Source: Blasia pusilla
Taxonomy: Eukaryota
Length of the DNA stretch: 64,000 bases
Assembly: GCA_050084515.1 (NCBI GenBank)
Contig: CM114271.1
Coordinates: forward strand, 12,958,001-13,022,000
Direction: 5' to 3'
Shown here: positions 11,670 through 25,648 of the stretch, piece after piece
Position numbering within the stretch: position 1 is the first letter of the stretch
Layout of the letters: each line of letters begins with the position of its first letter
Translations under genes and position numbers: made by a program
Notes under the pieces: generated by a model
Told to the model about the DNA's origin: nothing
The model's database searches: none
The model's input: only the letters and a program-made list of their open reading frames with translations

Positions 11670-14600
11670 AGTGACAAGTCTCCGTTTGGGTACGGAACTT
11701 ATGTGGGTGACCCATGCAATGAAGCAGCTGGAGGTTGCTGAAGTTTTGCTGAAAAATCAAATACATATATGCGGGGGTTAGGAAACTTGGGAAACCAAGT
11801 TAATGGAGATACCCCATGTACCACATTATGCATGGTTTGGAAAGATGTGCAAAGCACCAGGCGGACAACAACAGAGAGGTATGAAGGGTGTCGGGTTCTT
11901 CATCGAGACTTCATGGTGGACAAGTGTGAGATCATCAAAGGCACAGGGCTCAAGTATGAACACAGCATATGGGTCAAAGTCCGAGCTGAGTGCAACTCGC
12001 GGGATATGTATATCGGGTGTATTTACATGCCTACAAACAGTGAATCTGTTGCTGTGATAGAGGCAGCGTTTGATAGTGTGAAAACTGATTTCCTTGGGTT
12101 CCATACAAAGGGGAACATAGTCTTGCTGGGAGACTTCAACAGCTGGGTGGGGCAAGGCACTGATCCCCAAGCGGAGATCGGGATGTTTGGAGATGTGAGA
12201 GTGAATGGCAATGGCACACGGCTGATCACAATGTTGAGGGAACTTCAACTGATGGCACTTAATGATAGGCATAAGGTGGGATCCCCACCTTGGACTAGGG
12301 TCAACTTCAAGGAGAATGAGAGCTCCATTGTGGACTACATAGCTGTGGATGAGGAACTCTACACACGCAGTGGGAAGATCACAGTGGATGCGACAGACAT
12401 TGGAAGATAAGATCATTCATTGGTCTGGACAGAGTTGCAGCAAAGGCTAAAATGCTCGACCAAACCAGTGCAGAGGGTGATCAAGAAATGGAGGATAGAG
12501 GACTTCCAAGATGAGGGCAACAAGAAGGTGTACATTGGCAAGCTGGAAGAAAATCTCTTGGCATTTGACACTTTCAATGAATCTACCGTCAAGACCTTTG
12601 GGTTCACAAGAACAACTGTGGACATGGTCTTTGGCATGGTGGGAGCGTGGAGTGACAGATGCAGGAGATTGTCGGCGGCAGAAATTGATAATATCGGTGA
12701 GCCGTCAAATGGTGGTCCTTGGAACTCAAGGCGACCATTGCCAAACGAAGGAAGCGTATGTCACAAGTGCCAAAGCCAGGGGCGATGCATCCTTGTGGGC
12801 GAGTATGTGGCCCTCACGCAGGAAACCCGTCTTCGTGCGCATGCACAAGAAGAAAATGAACAAGCCACATACTCATCCATCAATGAGAATTTTCGAGAAT
12901 CAGAAAAAGTTCTGGATGGAAGTGCAGAAAGGCCTTGAAGAGAAAAGACGGTGGAATGGTGACCACGGCTAAACGGATCCGACATGTGTTGGAAGGCCAT
13001 TACAAGGAGTTAGGCGGGAAGCCCGCTCGGACATCCCTTGAAGAGTAGAACTTGAGAGGGTGGTGGAGGATTTTGTTAAGATACAACGGGAGAAGGCGAT
13101 GATGATGAGGTTGAGTGGGCAACCCATATAATGATTGGTTCTCCTGGCTGAGGTGGGAGCAGCGATCAAAGAACTTGTGAAGCACAAAGCGGCGGTGGTG
13201 ATGAGCTTGTGAATGAGTGTTGAAGTATGGCGATCTTTGCTATGGCTCGTTCTCTAGTGAGTCTCTTCAACCTGGTCAGCGGGCGGGCGAAGTCATCCCA
13301 CAAAGATGGCCGATGGGAGTCATCGTGAACCTCTTCAAGAAGGGTGAGCGAGAAGACCTGGAAACTACAAGGGTATTACATTCTTTGAGTGTAGTCGGAA
13401 GCTCCTCCTGCCGTATACTCAACAATAGGATCTCTATGTACCTGGAGGAGAATTCTGTCATCAAGGAAGGCCAGGCTGGCTTCCGGCAAGCCGAGGATCG
13501 TGGACCACATCGTCACCTTCAGTCAGATCATCCAGGGTAGGAAAAAGAGGAAAACCCACCTATTGCTTCTTCGTGGACCTCAAGAAGGCATACGACCTTT
13601 GTATGGCGTGACGGGCTTTCTTATAGCCTGTGGAAGGCGGGGCTGAGAGGGAAAATGAGGAGGGTGGTGGAGAAGATGTACCAGAACACAAGGAGTAGAG
13701 TTCTGGTGAATGGCCAAAAGAGTGGGACATTCGACATCAAGCAAGGAGTGGCTCAAGGATGCCCGCTCTCCCCCACCCTCTTCAACATTTTCGTGAATTC
13801 CCTATTGGAAGAAATGGAGGATAGTGGACTAGGCATACGGGTGGGCAAAAACTCTATTGTTGCGCTCATGTTTGCTGATGAATTTGGTGGCCTCGAGGAA
13901 ACAGGAGAGAAACTCCAAGAGATGATCTCCCTGACCAAAATCTGGTGTGACATGTGGGGCATGGAGGCAAATGTACTGAAGTGCCGTGTGATGATTTTCA
14001 ATGGCAAGGAAGAGGACCAAGAGATCCCTCGTGTGGCTACCTACACCTATCTGGGCATAGAATTCTCGGAAGATTGCATGTGGGATGCACACATCAAGAA
14101 GACTACTGAGAAAGGCCACAAGAAGGTGAACGGTCTGTCCAGATTCCTACGGTGCCGGGACATCACATCAGAAGTAAAGCGCTGAGTCATTTTGCATACC
14201 ATTCGTCCCTCGCTGGAATACGGGGCAGCAGTGTGGGATGCCAACACCAAACAAAGGGATAGGCTTGAAGCTGTGCAGCTGAAGGCGTTTCGGGGTATGA
14301 TGTCAACTTCATCACGAACAGCCCGCGTTGGTGTGAGATCAGAACTAGGTGTGGAACCCTTGGAGGATAGACGTGACATCGCCAAGTTGAAATGGCTGAG
14401 GCAGCTGGAGACAATGGACTCCCATCGCTATCCTAAAGAGGTGATGGGGAAAACCTGGACCCAAAGAAGACCCGTAAAGCAGGCCAAATCTTGGACGAAA
14501 AAGGTTCAAGAGATTGTGCAAGCATCCAAGCTCCCAGCAGGGCCTGAACTGTGGGAGCAAGATGAGAAAGCATTCGTGGATACCATAACCAAAGCAGTGG

Positions 14601-15218
14601 GCAAACGCTCACAGCAGAACAACATGGAGGAAGCCAGGAAAATGTCTGGCCTCTCTCTTTTGACGGTATATCCCGAGAGGGCAGAACTGAAGAACTATTT
14701 GCGGGGAACCCCTTGCTTGGGAACCCGGCTCAAGTTCAAGTTCAGGACGGAGGCAATCCCCTTGAACCATAAGAAAAGCAGGATGGGAACACAACTAAAC
14801 TCTTGCGCCTTGTGTGACGATTGGGCCTAAACCTCTAGTCATTACTTGGTCTCCTGCGCAAAATTCACAACACACAGCAAGAGCATATGCTGATATTGCT
14901 AAGCTGGTAGCACCAGAATTGTTCAACACATTCAGTAGCCTTGATTCATTGCCCAAAGCTGCTGCACTGGTAAGTAATGTCTATTGGGGATCCCAATCAG
15001 GTAAAGTAGATTGTGTGGTGAAGAGTTTCTTGGTTGACAGTTGGAAGCTCCGCACAAACACGTTGTTTGGTCAGCACTCACACTATATGAGAGTGTCTCC
15101 CTCCTCTCATATGGTACCTTCTTCACTTGCTTCTCTCTCTACACCCATCCCAGTCTCAAGCACCGTCCAACCAGGGCGCGGGGTCTATGGTCGCAAGGCT
15201 ACGACAGGCACTACTTAA
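11670..15218 (+). pseudogene. LINE ORF2: AP endonuclease, reverse transcriptase, C-terminal CCHC-type finger; frameshifted
   Basis: IGCIYMP, VLLGDFN, NGNG, SIVDY, *DH (APE); NLFKKG, QAGFR, FVDLKKAYD, GVAQGCPLSPTLFNIF, LMFADEF, YTYLG (RT); CALC..HYLVSC. Spread over several frames. Confidence 0.93.
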
Positions 15219-16787
15219 TGAGTACAGTCTCTTGGAGTCGCTAACCAGACTTTGAATTGGAGCTGCAAATGGGAAAGTTTCTCTCTGAGGTCAGGAAAAT
15301 TGTCCAGTAATGAGATTCATATCGACATCCGGAAGCTCTCCACTAAGTAGCCAAAATGGTAATAACTGTTACGCTAGCAAGCTTTCCTTCAGTAGCACAC
15401 GAGTCAAGGGCTCACTCCATACCAGACTCTCGTATTAGTATTGAGTGCCCTGATTTACGCGTGCTCTCTCTCCATGTTTTAAAAAGATAAAAAAATCAAT
15501 TCTACTTGTCCGATAATCCATGTGGCAACATTTCGGACTTCTACAAATCAAGAACCCATCTTCTTCAGAAACCCATCTTCTTCAGAATAGTACTGGCACC
15601 GAAATTTCTCATGCCCTTCACGGCTCTCCTTTCATTACAAGAAAAACTAAGCTTAGCAGAGCTTACGTTTTCTATCAGAATTCTTTGAAGCTTGCTTGTA
15701 AGAATGCATGTGAAATCAACGCCCAGAAAACCCTTTTTTCCTGTTATAAAAGAGATTTGTCCATGTTGAAAATCGAAAAGGTGTCCTTCAAAAGCTAGAT
15801 AGATGGTGTTCTCTGCCTTTTTCCTCCTCTACCCATCTGAGTCCCCATTACCATCCAACCTGGCTAGGACATCAGAAAGCTGCATGCGTGGCTCAAATGT
15901 GGCTATGGACTCGAGTTCATGATAGGAAAATATCGAAGGCCCTCGCTAAAACATATTTTCTCGCGGAGAGGACAAGATTGAAAAATCTGGTCTTGATGGA
16001 GGGAAGGAATTCCATGACACTACGGTCTTCCCGTGGACTGGAAAATCAACTGAGCTCTTGTGAAATACAGGAATAGAAGAAGCAGTGGAAGGAATCTCAA
16101 TGACGCCACAAAAAGGTGGACCTGCTGACTCCATCTGTTTCCTATACTAATGCCAAAGAAAACTACCAACATTCGTGGATCAGAATGGAGACGGAATCAC
16201 GAAACTTACAAGGAAAGTGAAGCTGGAGATGAAACTATACCTCCTTGAAACTAGCAGCGAAAAGAGAAACATTCCACCCTGAAATTTCTGATTGAAATTG
16301 CGTTTTCAGAGCAGTAGACCTCATTTAGTTACGGTCGATTGCTTTTGCAGAGCTTCCTGGCTGCACCGATTAGTAGTAAAAGTTAAATGTTTTCTTTCAA
16401 ATCTTCTTGTGTGGGCTGACTAGTCCTTTGTTTGGTCCCTCATTCACATAAGGTCGATTGTGTTGCAACACTTTCTTGTCTGCACTCACTAATAACATTC
16501 GTCGATGTCCTATTCCAGGTGGAGTGGATTCTGTTAATCTTCTCGGCTAAACTGACTGGTAATCTTTTCGGTCTCCTAATTTAGATCAAGGTCAATTGAG
16601 CTTGAGGATCTTCTTGTCTGCATCGATAGTTTCAACATTTAGGCATGCGAATTCGGTCGACATCGATTGTATTGTGTAGAGCTTCTTCAGCACAATCCAT
16701 GCAAGCTAGCTCAGATGAGAGACTATTGCTTAATTGGGGGATTTCTGACAGATTTATACAACCGTGGAGTGGGTTGCAACTCTCTCT

Positions 16788-16984
16788 TGTTGGAATGTGT
16801 AAACGGCAACAAGCCTGGCTGCAACGTAAACACTCCATTCCGCTGGACAGACGAGTTAGGCTGCACCTGCAACGTAAACGCTCTTGCTTGCAACGAGCAC
16901 TTAGCTCATGTATAAAACACTTCATGTAATCAATGGCAGTGACCAGAAAATTTCCGCTCAACAATTCTGCTGAAACAAACTACA
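16788..16984 (+). repeat. Candidate 5' LTR of Copia A (197 bp)
   Basis: Begins TGTTGG, ends ACA immediately before the PBS, contains TATAAAA. No partner LTR found, so the start is inferred. Confidence 0.55.
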
Positions 16985-16996
16985 TGGTATCAGAGC
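16985..16996 (+). promoter_or_regulatory. Primer-binding site, initiator tRNA-Met
   Basis: TGGTATCAGAGC, the canonical plant tRNAiMet PBS. Confidence 0.95.
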
Positions 16997-17286
16997 AAGT
17001 TACATGTGAGATCTCTAGCCGAAACTGAGAGTTACTTCGTACTCCGAGTGAGAGTGGTACTCACATACAGAGGACAGAACTCTAGAACTCTGTACCCTTT
17101 CCACAGCCACGGAAAGACAGGAGGAGCGTGCTGGTGAAGAGTTTAGAGAAGTTTGTACCTTGTTTGTCTTTTTCACATGGACAGACATCAAGCTGAGAGA
17201 AGAGGAAGAAGACTAGCAATCAGAAGTTGATCAGATGCAGGTTAGAGGACCAGCAAGATCGAAGTGAGCACCTATCGAGATCAAAG

Positions 17287-19273
17287 ATGACGAGCCTTAC
17301 TGACAACATATTGAGTGAGAGCCACAAGCTGGATAAGAGCAATTCCGGCACTTGGTGATTCAGGATGAACGCCATTCTAATGGCATCTGATCTTTATGAT
17401 ATAGTTGATGGCAGCGAAGAGAAGACTTCCAACATGGATGCTCGAGCCACGAAAGACTTCGAGAAGAGAGATCGAAAGGCTCTTGGAATTCTGATGATGT
17501 CAACGAGAGATTCTCAAATCCCTCATGCAAAGATCTCCAAGCAAGCTTGGAGTACACTTGAAGCAGTTCATACTAGCACAAGCATGACAAGAAAACTAGC
17601 ATTGTAGACACAAATTTACTCAATGAAGATGAGCTCGACCTCGACTATGTATTCTCACCTCAGGATTATGAAAGAGTTAAGAGACGATTTGGCAGAAGTC
17701 AAGGTCTAAATTGATGATGAGACCATGGCGGCCATTATGACGAATAGTGTGGCCCAAGACTCATACAGGGATTTCATAAACTCTCTAGCCGTGAGAGAGA
17801 AGATGCCTACTTTTCCTCAACTATGGACACTCCTACTTGACAAAGAGAGGCGACGCAACGACCTTGCTGCCCAAGAAGGATAAGAGTTGGGACCTAGCGC
17901 TCTATTCAGCCAGAAGAAGGGAACATTCCCGCGTCAATATGAAGAAAAGCGATCACAACAGCGCAACATATCCAGACCAAAGGCCTAAACCTTCCGCACC
18001 ACCGAGAAGAAGTTCAATGGTAAGACCTATAGCACTACTAGCAAGAAGGAGTGCACAATATGTGGTAAGATTGGCCATGATTCCAATCAATGTTGGTATG
18101 GAATGATCGCCACAATCGATCAATGAGACCACAAGAAAAGCAACGAAGCTTACTCGCCGAGAATGGGAGAACTAGTCGAGCACTCACACTAGAAAGTGAA
18201 GATAATGTGCGTGGACTTATCTCAACGTTGGCTACCATAAACCAAGTGGAAAAATGGTTCATTGATAGCGGCGCAAGCAACCACATGATCAAGAATAAAG
18301 GTTGGTTCACATCATACAAACCTTTGATGAATGGACCTGAAGTATCAATGGGAGACGGTTTCATTCTGCTATTGGGGAAGGAGATGTGCAAGTGACATTG
18401 CCGTCGGGTGAAGATTATACAATCAAGGATGTGTGGCATATTCCAACTTTACACACAACCTTATCTCCATTGGCCCCGGAAAGAGAGCAAATGAAGGTTT
18501 TTTTTTATTCCAAGGGATGCGAGTTCTTACAAGATGCCGAAAATTCTGTCACTGCCCAAGGAGTAAGGTATGGACAACTCTATCAACTTCTTAGCAAGCC
18601 GAGCCCTCAACTATTTGCAAGATCTTCAAACCAACTACAAGTTTGGCATGAAAGACTTGGATATTTTAACACAAAGGGCCTCAAGTTGTTAAGCAAAGAC
18701 AACATGGTTGGAGGATTACTTGAATTAAGTGGAGAAATATTCACTTGTGAGACATGCTTACGAGGCAAGCAATCAAGGCAAAAGTTTGAAAAGCATACCT
18801 TCTCAAGGGCTCCTACTCCCCTCCATCTAGTCCACATCGACCTTGGAGGACCAATTCTAACGGCTTCACTATCTAGGGCAAGGTACTACAAGCTATTAGT
18901 TGATGACCATTCAAGATTTATGTGGGTTTATTTCTTGCAACACAAATCCGATGTATTGGGTGTTCTCAAGAAATTTCTTACATTGAAGAGAACTCAATCC
19001 AATATAGTAGACTAAGTGGAATCCTTGCATCTAAACCTTGGTAAGCCACCCTCAAAGGTGAAGATGATATGAACATACAAGGGAGGTGAATTCACAAGGA
19101 AAGCATTTGAGAACTTTTGTAGTGCTTATGGCATCCGTCATCAACTTACTACGGCCTATACCCCACAACAAAATGGTATTGTTGAGAGGAGGAATCGAAC
19201 CGTAGTTGAGATGGCAAGGTGCATGTTGAAAGGGCGAAATCTCCCCAACTATATATTCTTGGGCAGAGGCCAT
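17287..19273 (+). pseudogene. Copia gag-protease-integrase, with stops and frameshifts
   Basis: RMNAILMASDLYDIVDG..DRKALG (gag), CTICGKIGHDSNQC knuckle, WFIDSGASNHM (protease), WHERLG..CETC, VHIDLGGP, VDDHSRFMWVYFL, GGEF, TPQQNGIVERRNRT (integrase). Confidence 0.95.
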
Positions 19274-22200
19274 CACTAGAAGGAAACATGTCCATTGCAA
19301 CTAAAATACGAAACTAGATCTAGTGCATATATGCAATATACAACTGTTGTGACTAGTTTAGTGCCTAGTTGCAAAGGACGAGTCATGTAGACCACTAGTC
19401 GCAGTTAACCCATGGTGGCATGATGATGTGGCTATTGATTGGGATAGTTTTTCCTTAGTGTTTTTGTACATGGAAAGTGTCTTGTCACACTAACTACATA
19501 TGACGAGGTAATATTTCGAGGTTGACATGGCTCATAGAAGGAAGAACCACCTCATCATGTATATGACTACATCCAGTCATTCTAGTCCCAAAAAATCCTT
19601 GTATTGGACATGTGGCCCAATAGAATTTGTCGCTACTTAAGAATATGCACTAACTACAGTGCACTTATCGTCATTTAATCCTATTGTGTTCCAACACGTG
19701 GCATCTTGTCCTTATTTGACTACATGTAGTGTATGAAATAACTCTAATTAGTTTCATGTTGCGTACTAGTTGTGGTACTTTTGGAGTACTACATTGGTAG
19801 TCCTCATTCATGTACTACATGTAGTATTTTTTCTGATAGTGCTCATTGGTGTAGTAAAAGGTATTTTTGGAATGTTTTTGGTCACCTTCTTCACCCATAT
19901 TGAAGTTGCTCTTTCACCTCTCCAAGGAGAGCCCATAGTTGAATGATACATTTCTTAGGTACATGCTTTTAAAATATTAGAAACTCATGTCAAGCAAGGA
20001 TACTTATAACTCATTTGTTCTTGAACCAATGATAGAGATGTAGATAATGCATGATGCAATCTTCAAACTCCATATGTAACACAATATAATTAGAGGTAGA
20101 ATGAAAGTTCATGATCTGATTTGTCATACTGCTATAAGCTATTCATACCATCACTATAGCAGAGAGCCTAAGGTACAAAAAACAACTGCACTTTTCAAGA
20201 GTTTGTTCCATAACTGATTTTAAATTCATCAATAGAGAGGCAACTCCTTGCAACAAACCATCCAGCTGGAATACTCAATAGTTCCAACTCTAGCACAATG
20301 GAAAAGGAGAGAATTTTATGACCATTTTGTAAAAAACACAAGTCCACGTCATAAATACATGCAAGACTAAAGGATTTTGATCACCAACTCTAACAGAATA
20401 GGAGTTTCTAGATTACAGTAATCTAGAAAAAAACTTTGATCATATCTTCCAATGGAAAAAAAATCCATCCAAAATTGTCACAAATGGTTGTGCCTCTATA
20501 AGATATGGTCACCGGCCTATTCCAATGGTGTATCTTTCTTCAATTACCTCTCAGGCCATAAGACCTGAGACCCAACAAATTGGTTCAAGAACAACTATGG
20601 GGGGTCATCATCGCGGTTTGGAAATGGTAGTTCAGCATCACCATTCAAAATTACCTTGATATGAACTTTCACACATCCAAATGGGATTTCTTTCCCATGG
20701 ATTATATCTGGACCTGCAAGACTTAATACGTATCCTGCTCCCACAGTTGGCGAGTGTTTTTATTTTGCTTCATCAACACATAATCACCTATTGCAAGTTG
20801 ATACAAACACAACCAAAGACCATGAGTACAACTTGTTCACTTTGAGTGATAACTCCAAGAAAGAACACTCTTCATATGGATGAAACAAAATAAAATGCAC
20901 CACTAATACAACCACAAGAATTACCTTCAAAATGCTCCAACCAATATTAGGAATGTTGGAAGAAAATATAGAATGTGCTTGGCTGGTCTACAATGTGTAC
21001 ATGAACATGGTCAAACACTTGAGTTGTCCCTATTGAAGTTTGAATGCAATATAAGTTAGGAAAAAAGGAGAGGGGAAAGGATAGAAGGGAAAAATAATCA
21101 TGGACTAGGTCTGAAACTTACAGCCAATTGTCTTTCTTCTCCACTCAAGAGTCCTTCTTCTTCTTTGGAACTCCTTGCTTTGGTTGAAGTTGATGTTTAC
21201 CATCCTGGTTATCTTGGTCTTGTCTGTTGGATACCAAGGTGGACTAATCTGGTTTCAATCCTTGCTCAGTGCAACGTGCAACCTCCCTAATAGTCGTTGT
21301 GTGTGGATCACTAAGTGTCACACAAGGAGATAGTGTAGCTTTTGGTTGAGTCTCCACATCAACAATATCAACCAATGGTTGTGGATTGTTAATATTTTCC
21401 ACATTCAAGGTAGGAGCCAAGGAAGGTGAACTTGGGTTTTTAGATGATTCCACTACAAACTTGGAAACCATCTCTTGAATCAAACCAAGGGTTTGCCTAA
21501 TAGCCTTAATCTCACTCTGTGTAGATTGTGCCTCTTTCTCTAAAATCTCCATCTAGTGTGTCAATGTAGAACCAAATCCTTGCACAAAAGTAAAGCATCA
21601 CAAGAAGGCTTAGTAATCTGAATAGGAATTACAAACCAGAAAATAAAATGAATCCCGAGATATACATATATGTAAGGTGGCACAAAAAATGATGAAGGTA
21701 GGAAAATTACTGTGGTGCCAACAGTATGTTGACTAGGGCCACCCTCACATGTCCCAAGTGACTCTCCCAACTCATGTAATGAAGGGCTTTCTCCCCTTTC
21801 TTTTGTCTACAAGATCAAAATTAGATTCTTAGTTAGAACCTTAATATGATACATCTGAAAACCAAGTATAAATTCAGAAAATAAAAGTAGAAACATCATA
21901 GGAGAAAGCAATTACATACCAAAGAGAGTTTCACTCCTTTGTGACCAGTTCAACCTGTTTGATTAGGATGCTCAACCTTGCCTCTATTCATCTTCATCCT
22001 CTCTGTTTTTTTATTCCCTCCCGTGAAAGCCAGTAAGACTTGAGGGCTTCCCATGTATCAAGAAGTACATCCGAAGGTGTTGAGCAATCCATGCTAAGCC
22101 CTAAGCTATAAAAGAGCTTCTTCAAACAAGCACTTTCTCTTTTCATTATATTTGCTAAGGTCGACTTAAAAAATTGATTACTCAACTCATACCCAACGTA

Positions 22201-22900
22201 CTCCCAACCTTCTTCCATCTCTCTTTTCACAGTCTTGTATCAAACTCGGATTGCTTTGCCACATCAGGTGTACTAAGGTCTAAACAGCAAAGGGCACAAA
22301 CCTTCAACTCATCATGCCAAGGTGTCTTCCCAACACAACCAGAAATAATTTCTCCAGATGATGTAACTTCAACTCTTGGCTTCAATCCCTTTTCAAGAAG
22401 AGCCTTTGTATTTTTCTTCCATTGCTTGAGGCTTTCTTGGTGATGATGACGAGCTATGAAGCTTGCTGTAACAAGGCCACCAATGGGATCACTAGATAGA
22501 GTTTTTAAAATATTATGAAAGATAATGAGAGATAAAAAAACTACCAAGCTCAAATGAAGTCTTTAAGATTCAAAGTGATTTCTTGAACAAACCAAGTTCA
22601 TGTAGTGCATCTTACTTTTAACAAGGATATATACTAACCACTTGGAGGAGTTGGACCTCGGGGATGACGCCCTGGAGACTTCTCAATGATATTTGCTGTA
22701 GGGGGCTCCACTGTAGCATTCGGGATACCATGAGTGGGTAACATCCCATAATATGGATTTGGTGGATAGTATAGTCCTGGTGTCAATCATTAACATCCAA
22801 AAATTAGATTTGATGCTTATTATAGAGAAGAAAAACGTAGGTAAACTCAATAAAAAAAAACCTTCCAATTAAACATTATAATGAACATCAAGAGGGAGAG
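19274..22900 (-). mobile_element. CACTA (En/Spm) transposon, one terminus preserved; other end not found
   Basis: Starts CACTAGAAGGAAA exactly where the Copia integrase stops. Subterminal ACTACA/TGTAGT repeats at ~19300-19860 include ACTACATGTAGT palindromes. TnpA-like exons lie inside. Right boundary approximate. Confidence 0.85.
20545..22480 (-). pseudogene. CACTA accessory (TnpA/Ptta-like) spliced gene remnant
   Basis: TPSDVLLDTWEALKSYWLSREGIKK (Ptta/En/Spm-type motif, ORF 21994-22230) and terminal exon VGAGYVLSLAGPDIIHGKEIPFGCVKVHIKVILNGDAELPFP..VGSQVLWP (TNP1-like). Confidence 0.75.
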
Positions 22901-23339
22901 TGCACTGAAAAAATCCCACCTTGACGAATAGGCTATTTTGGAAACCTTGAATACAAAGGCATGGGCCATTGATTGGCCGATGGCATGTGGTACTTTTCAT
23001 CTCCAACCATAGATGGCACTTCTTGTTTATACCATCAGTAGATTAGTATCACACATTAGTATAAATAAGTGAATAATGCAATCATTCCTCTCCTTCATGC
23101 AACCCGTCAAAGAAATACAAATATATAAGAAAATCATTTTCTCCTTTAAATCTTCGCTAGTCTTATTGAAGAATACTATCTCACACAACTGTTGGCTGAA
23201 ATCTAAAGTGGAGTGAACTTTATGACTTTGCTTCATGGATCTTCATCACCTTTGGTCGGCTCCACTTTGGTTGCTTCTTTCAATGGCGCAAAGATGGCAC
23301 TTTTGAAGGTGATTTATTATTCATCACTAGTATCTCAGA

Positions 23340-24530
23340 TGGAGACTCGGAGGATAAATTTGTGACAAAGCGTGTTTTTGCAGGAAGCAGCAATCGGCTC
23401 TTCACTGGATTGGTTTCCATGAATTTGGTCATCATCCAAGTTCTAACATCTCACAAGCTTGTGCAAAATTCATGTCCACCCAAGGCCATTTACCCCACTC
23501 TTCGCTGAATAGATCAAGAGAGTGTAATACGCATCTACCCCAAAGAATATGAGGAAACTTTGCTTTGATAAGTTTCCTTGATACTCACTCATTACTAGCA
23601 TTGTCTGTCAAAAGTTGCAACACATTCTCTAGACCGATATGCATGATAGTCCTCTCTATGTGACCTGCCAACCATTCCGTTGTTTGGGATTCCCCTTTGG
23701 TATCCACCGACTCAATCATCACCTCATCTTGCAGACACGAGACCATTATGTTCACTAAAGACTCACTTCTCACATTGGTCCAAGAATCAATTCTGATCGT
23801 GGCCCCCAAGCGCAAATTTTCCAATATGCCATCCACCTATTCCTTCACCTTCCCCATATGTTTCTCAAGGAGGGTGGTGCGCAATGAATTGTAACTAGGA
23901 CCTGAGTAACCCTTCATCTTTATTGTTGCCAACACTGCTTGTTTGAAAGCATCTAGCTGTACTACATTGAATGGTATTCCACATTTGTAGAAACACTTCA
24001 TCCATATGTCATTTGCAACTTCTATTCCTTGGATGTTGAAAGAATCCCTCGGATCGGCTTGCTTCTTCCAAGAACTACTACTCCCTTGAATGGGCCCAAC
24101 AACTCCTATGCATTCCTCGAGACTGTCGTTTGGTGGCATGTCCGCAACCCCATCAACATTTTGCACAAGATAAACACTATTTCCTATTTTTTGCGAACCT
24201 ATTTGTAATGGAGTTGTCTCTTCCACTTCACTTGAAGGTCTCGCTTCCCTTCTTTGGCCATTTCCCACAAGAACCCTGTTTCGGAGATTTCGTTGCACGC
24301 TGGGAGGGACCTTCATCACACATAATTTGGCATGATGGATATCATGATCTCCTTCCTTTTTCTTTCGTCTCTTTTGTGTAAAATGCTCCACCATCCGTGT
24401 GCTATGATAGGTTTTTATAGAATAGGAACAATACTTGCACTGCCATCTGCTTGATGTTCCATCTTCCACATGTACTTCTTCCCGATGTTCCTTCACGATC
24501 CGTTGCAGTTCTCTGGCTTTGGTTATGATT
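23340..24530 (-). pseudogene. hAT transposase (BED finger + DUF659-type), 3'-truncated
   Basis: WQCKYC..RMVEHF..C (BED); FYKCGIPFNVV, PSYNSLRTTLL, IRIDSWTN, QLLTDNASN, LLPAKTRFVTN; in-frame stops. Confidence 0.9.
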
Positions 24531-24798
24531 ATAGGCAGACACTAACCCCACCCAACAATATTTGGATAATTTGCAATAATTTACTATATCAATAGTAGGA
24601 TATATCGACCAGTAAAATATATGAAAATTACACCAAATCTTGTATGTGAATGCTCCAATAACAAAACTTGGAACACTCACTATGAACAAGAAAGATCAAT
24701 ATGCTAACCTAGATAACTGAGATACCTTAACTTATCAGGGTTATCTAGTGGAAAAACATATTCTCACTTAACAAGTTCAACTATCTATGGAGAAAAAA

Positions 24799-24803
<5 letters not shown>

Positions 24804-24837
<34 letters not shown>
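24804..24837. repeat. (GA)17 microsatellite
   Basis: Read directly. Confidence 0.95.
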
Positions 24838-24840
<3 letters not shown>

Positions 24841-25319
24841 AGGGAGGAATGAGATTGTGAGGATATACAAAAAATGAGCAAGTTTATATAAGGGAGGATG
24901 GAAGAAAGAGAATGAACCCTTATAACTTCCCAAATCGTCTATCCCCACTTACAATTGATTACTAAACCATCTCCACTAATTTTATTTTAACAAACCTGCT
25001 TTTATTCTCCTATTAGATTCCTTCTTGATCTATCCTACCTTCTTGACTTACTCTAAATTTCCAACATACTTTTTTTTGCAATACAACCACCCTATTCAAA
25101 TCTATTTTAATATCGTCCTTCCTTTCTCCAACACTACTATCACAAATTCTTTAATTACTCTAATTTCTAACTAACCTATCCTCTACTACAACCACCCTTC
25201 TCCAACCTCTCAAGCCGTCAATCACCCAACCCCTAGACAAATTCATTTAATACCCCACTTAAAAAAATAGGCCCACAACCCCTAACTCGCTTATGGCCCG
25301 CACGGCCCGCAACTAGCCC

Positions 25320-25648
25320 AAGGTTGCATGTGGAAAAAGTCCGTGTCTGTGGATATATCCATGTCCGTGGACTTATGTCCGTCCTATGGAAGGACTTGTT
25401 TGTATGGGGCCCACCTTTCCCTTCTTTCTTATTCCCCTTACTTACCTTTGTGTTCCATACTCCCCCATTTCTTCCTCCCTCCACCTCCACTCCCTCCTCC
25501 CTCATTGCTCCTCTCATCCTTGCCTTGCCTTCCATCATGGACTAAAAGTGTGGGTCCCACCTCTTGGAACCCATTTCCGTGGACATGTCCAGACTTGTCT
25601 GTCCATATCCCTCCTAAGGAAGGACTTGTCCGCTTTTATGCAACCATG
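25320..25648. mobile_element. hAT-family MITE (~329 bp)
   Basis: Termini AAGGTTGCAT / ATGCAACCATG; 8-bp direct repeat ACTAGCCC at 25312-25319 and 25649-25656; internal GTCC/GGAC repeats. Confidence 0.85.

Larger units (their letters stand above)
10503..15229 (+). mobile_element. Full-length but disrupted non-LTR retrotransposon (LINE; ORF1 + APE-RT-CCHC ORF2)
   Basis: APE, RT and zinc-finger motifs occur in order. A candidate 8-bp TSD TCTTGGAG at 10495-10502 and 15230-15237 sets the boundaries (boundaries less certain than identity). Confidence 0.9.
16788..19273 (+). mobile_element. Ty1/Copia element A, 5' half, truncated by a CACTA insertion
   Basis: LTR-like segment, PBS, gag, protease and integrase in order; ends after ..WAEA where CACTAG begins. 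Confidence 0.92.

Noticed and set aside
11299-14794. Antisense ORFs over the LINE (and likewise over Gypsy pol)
   Set aside because: Shadow frames of sense-strand coding sequence.
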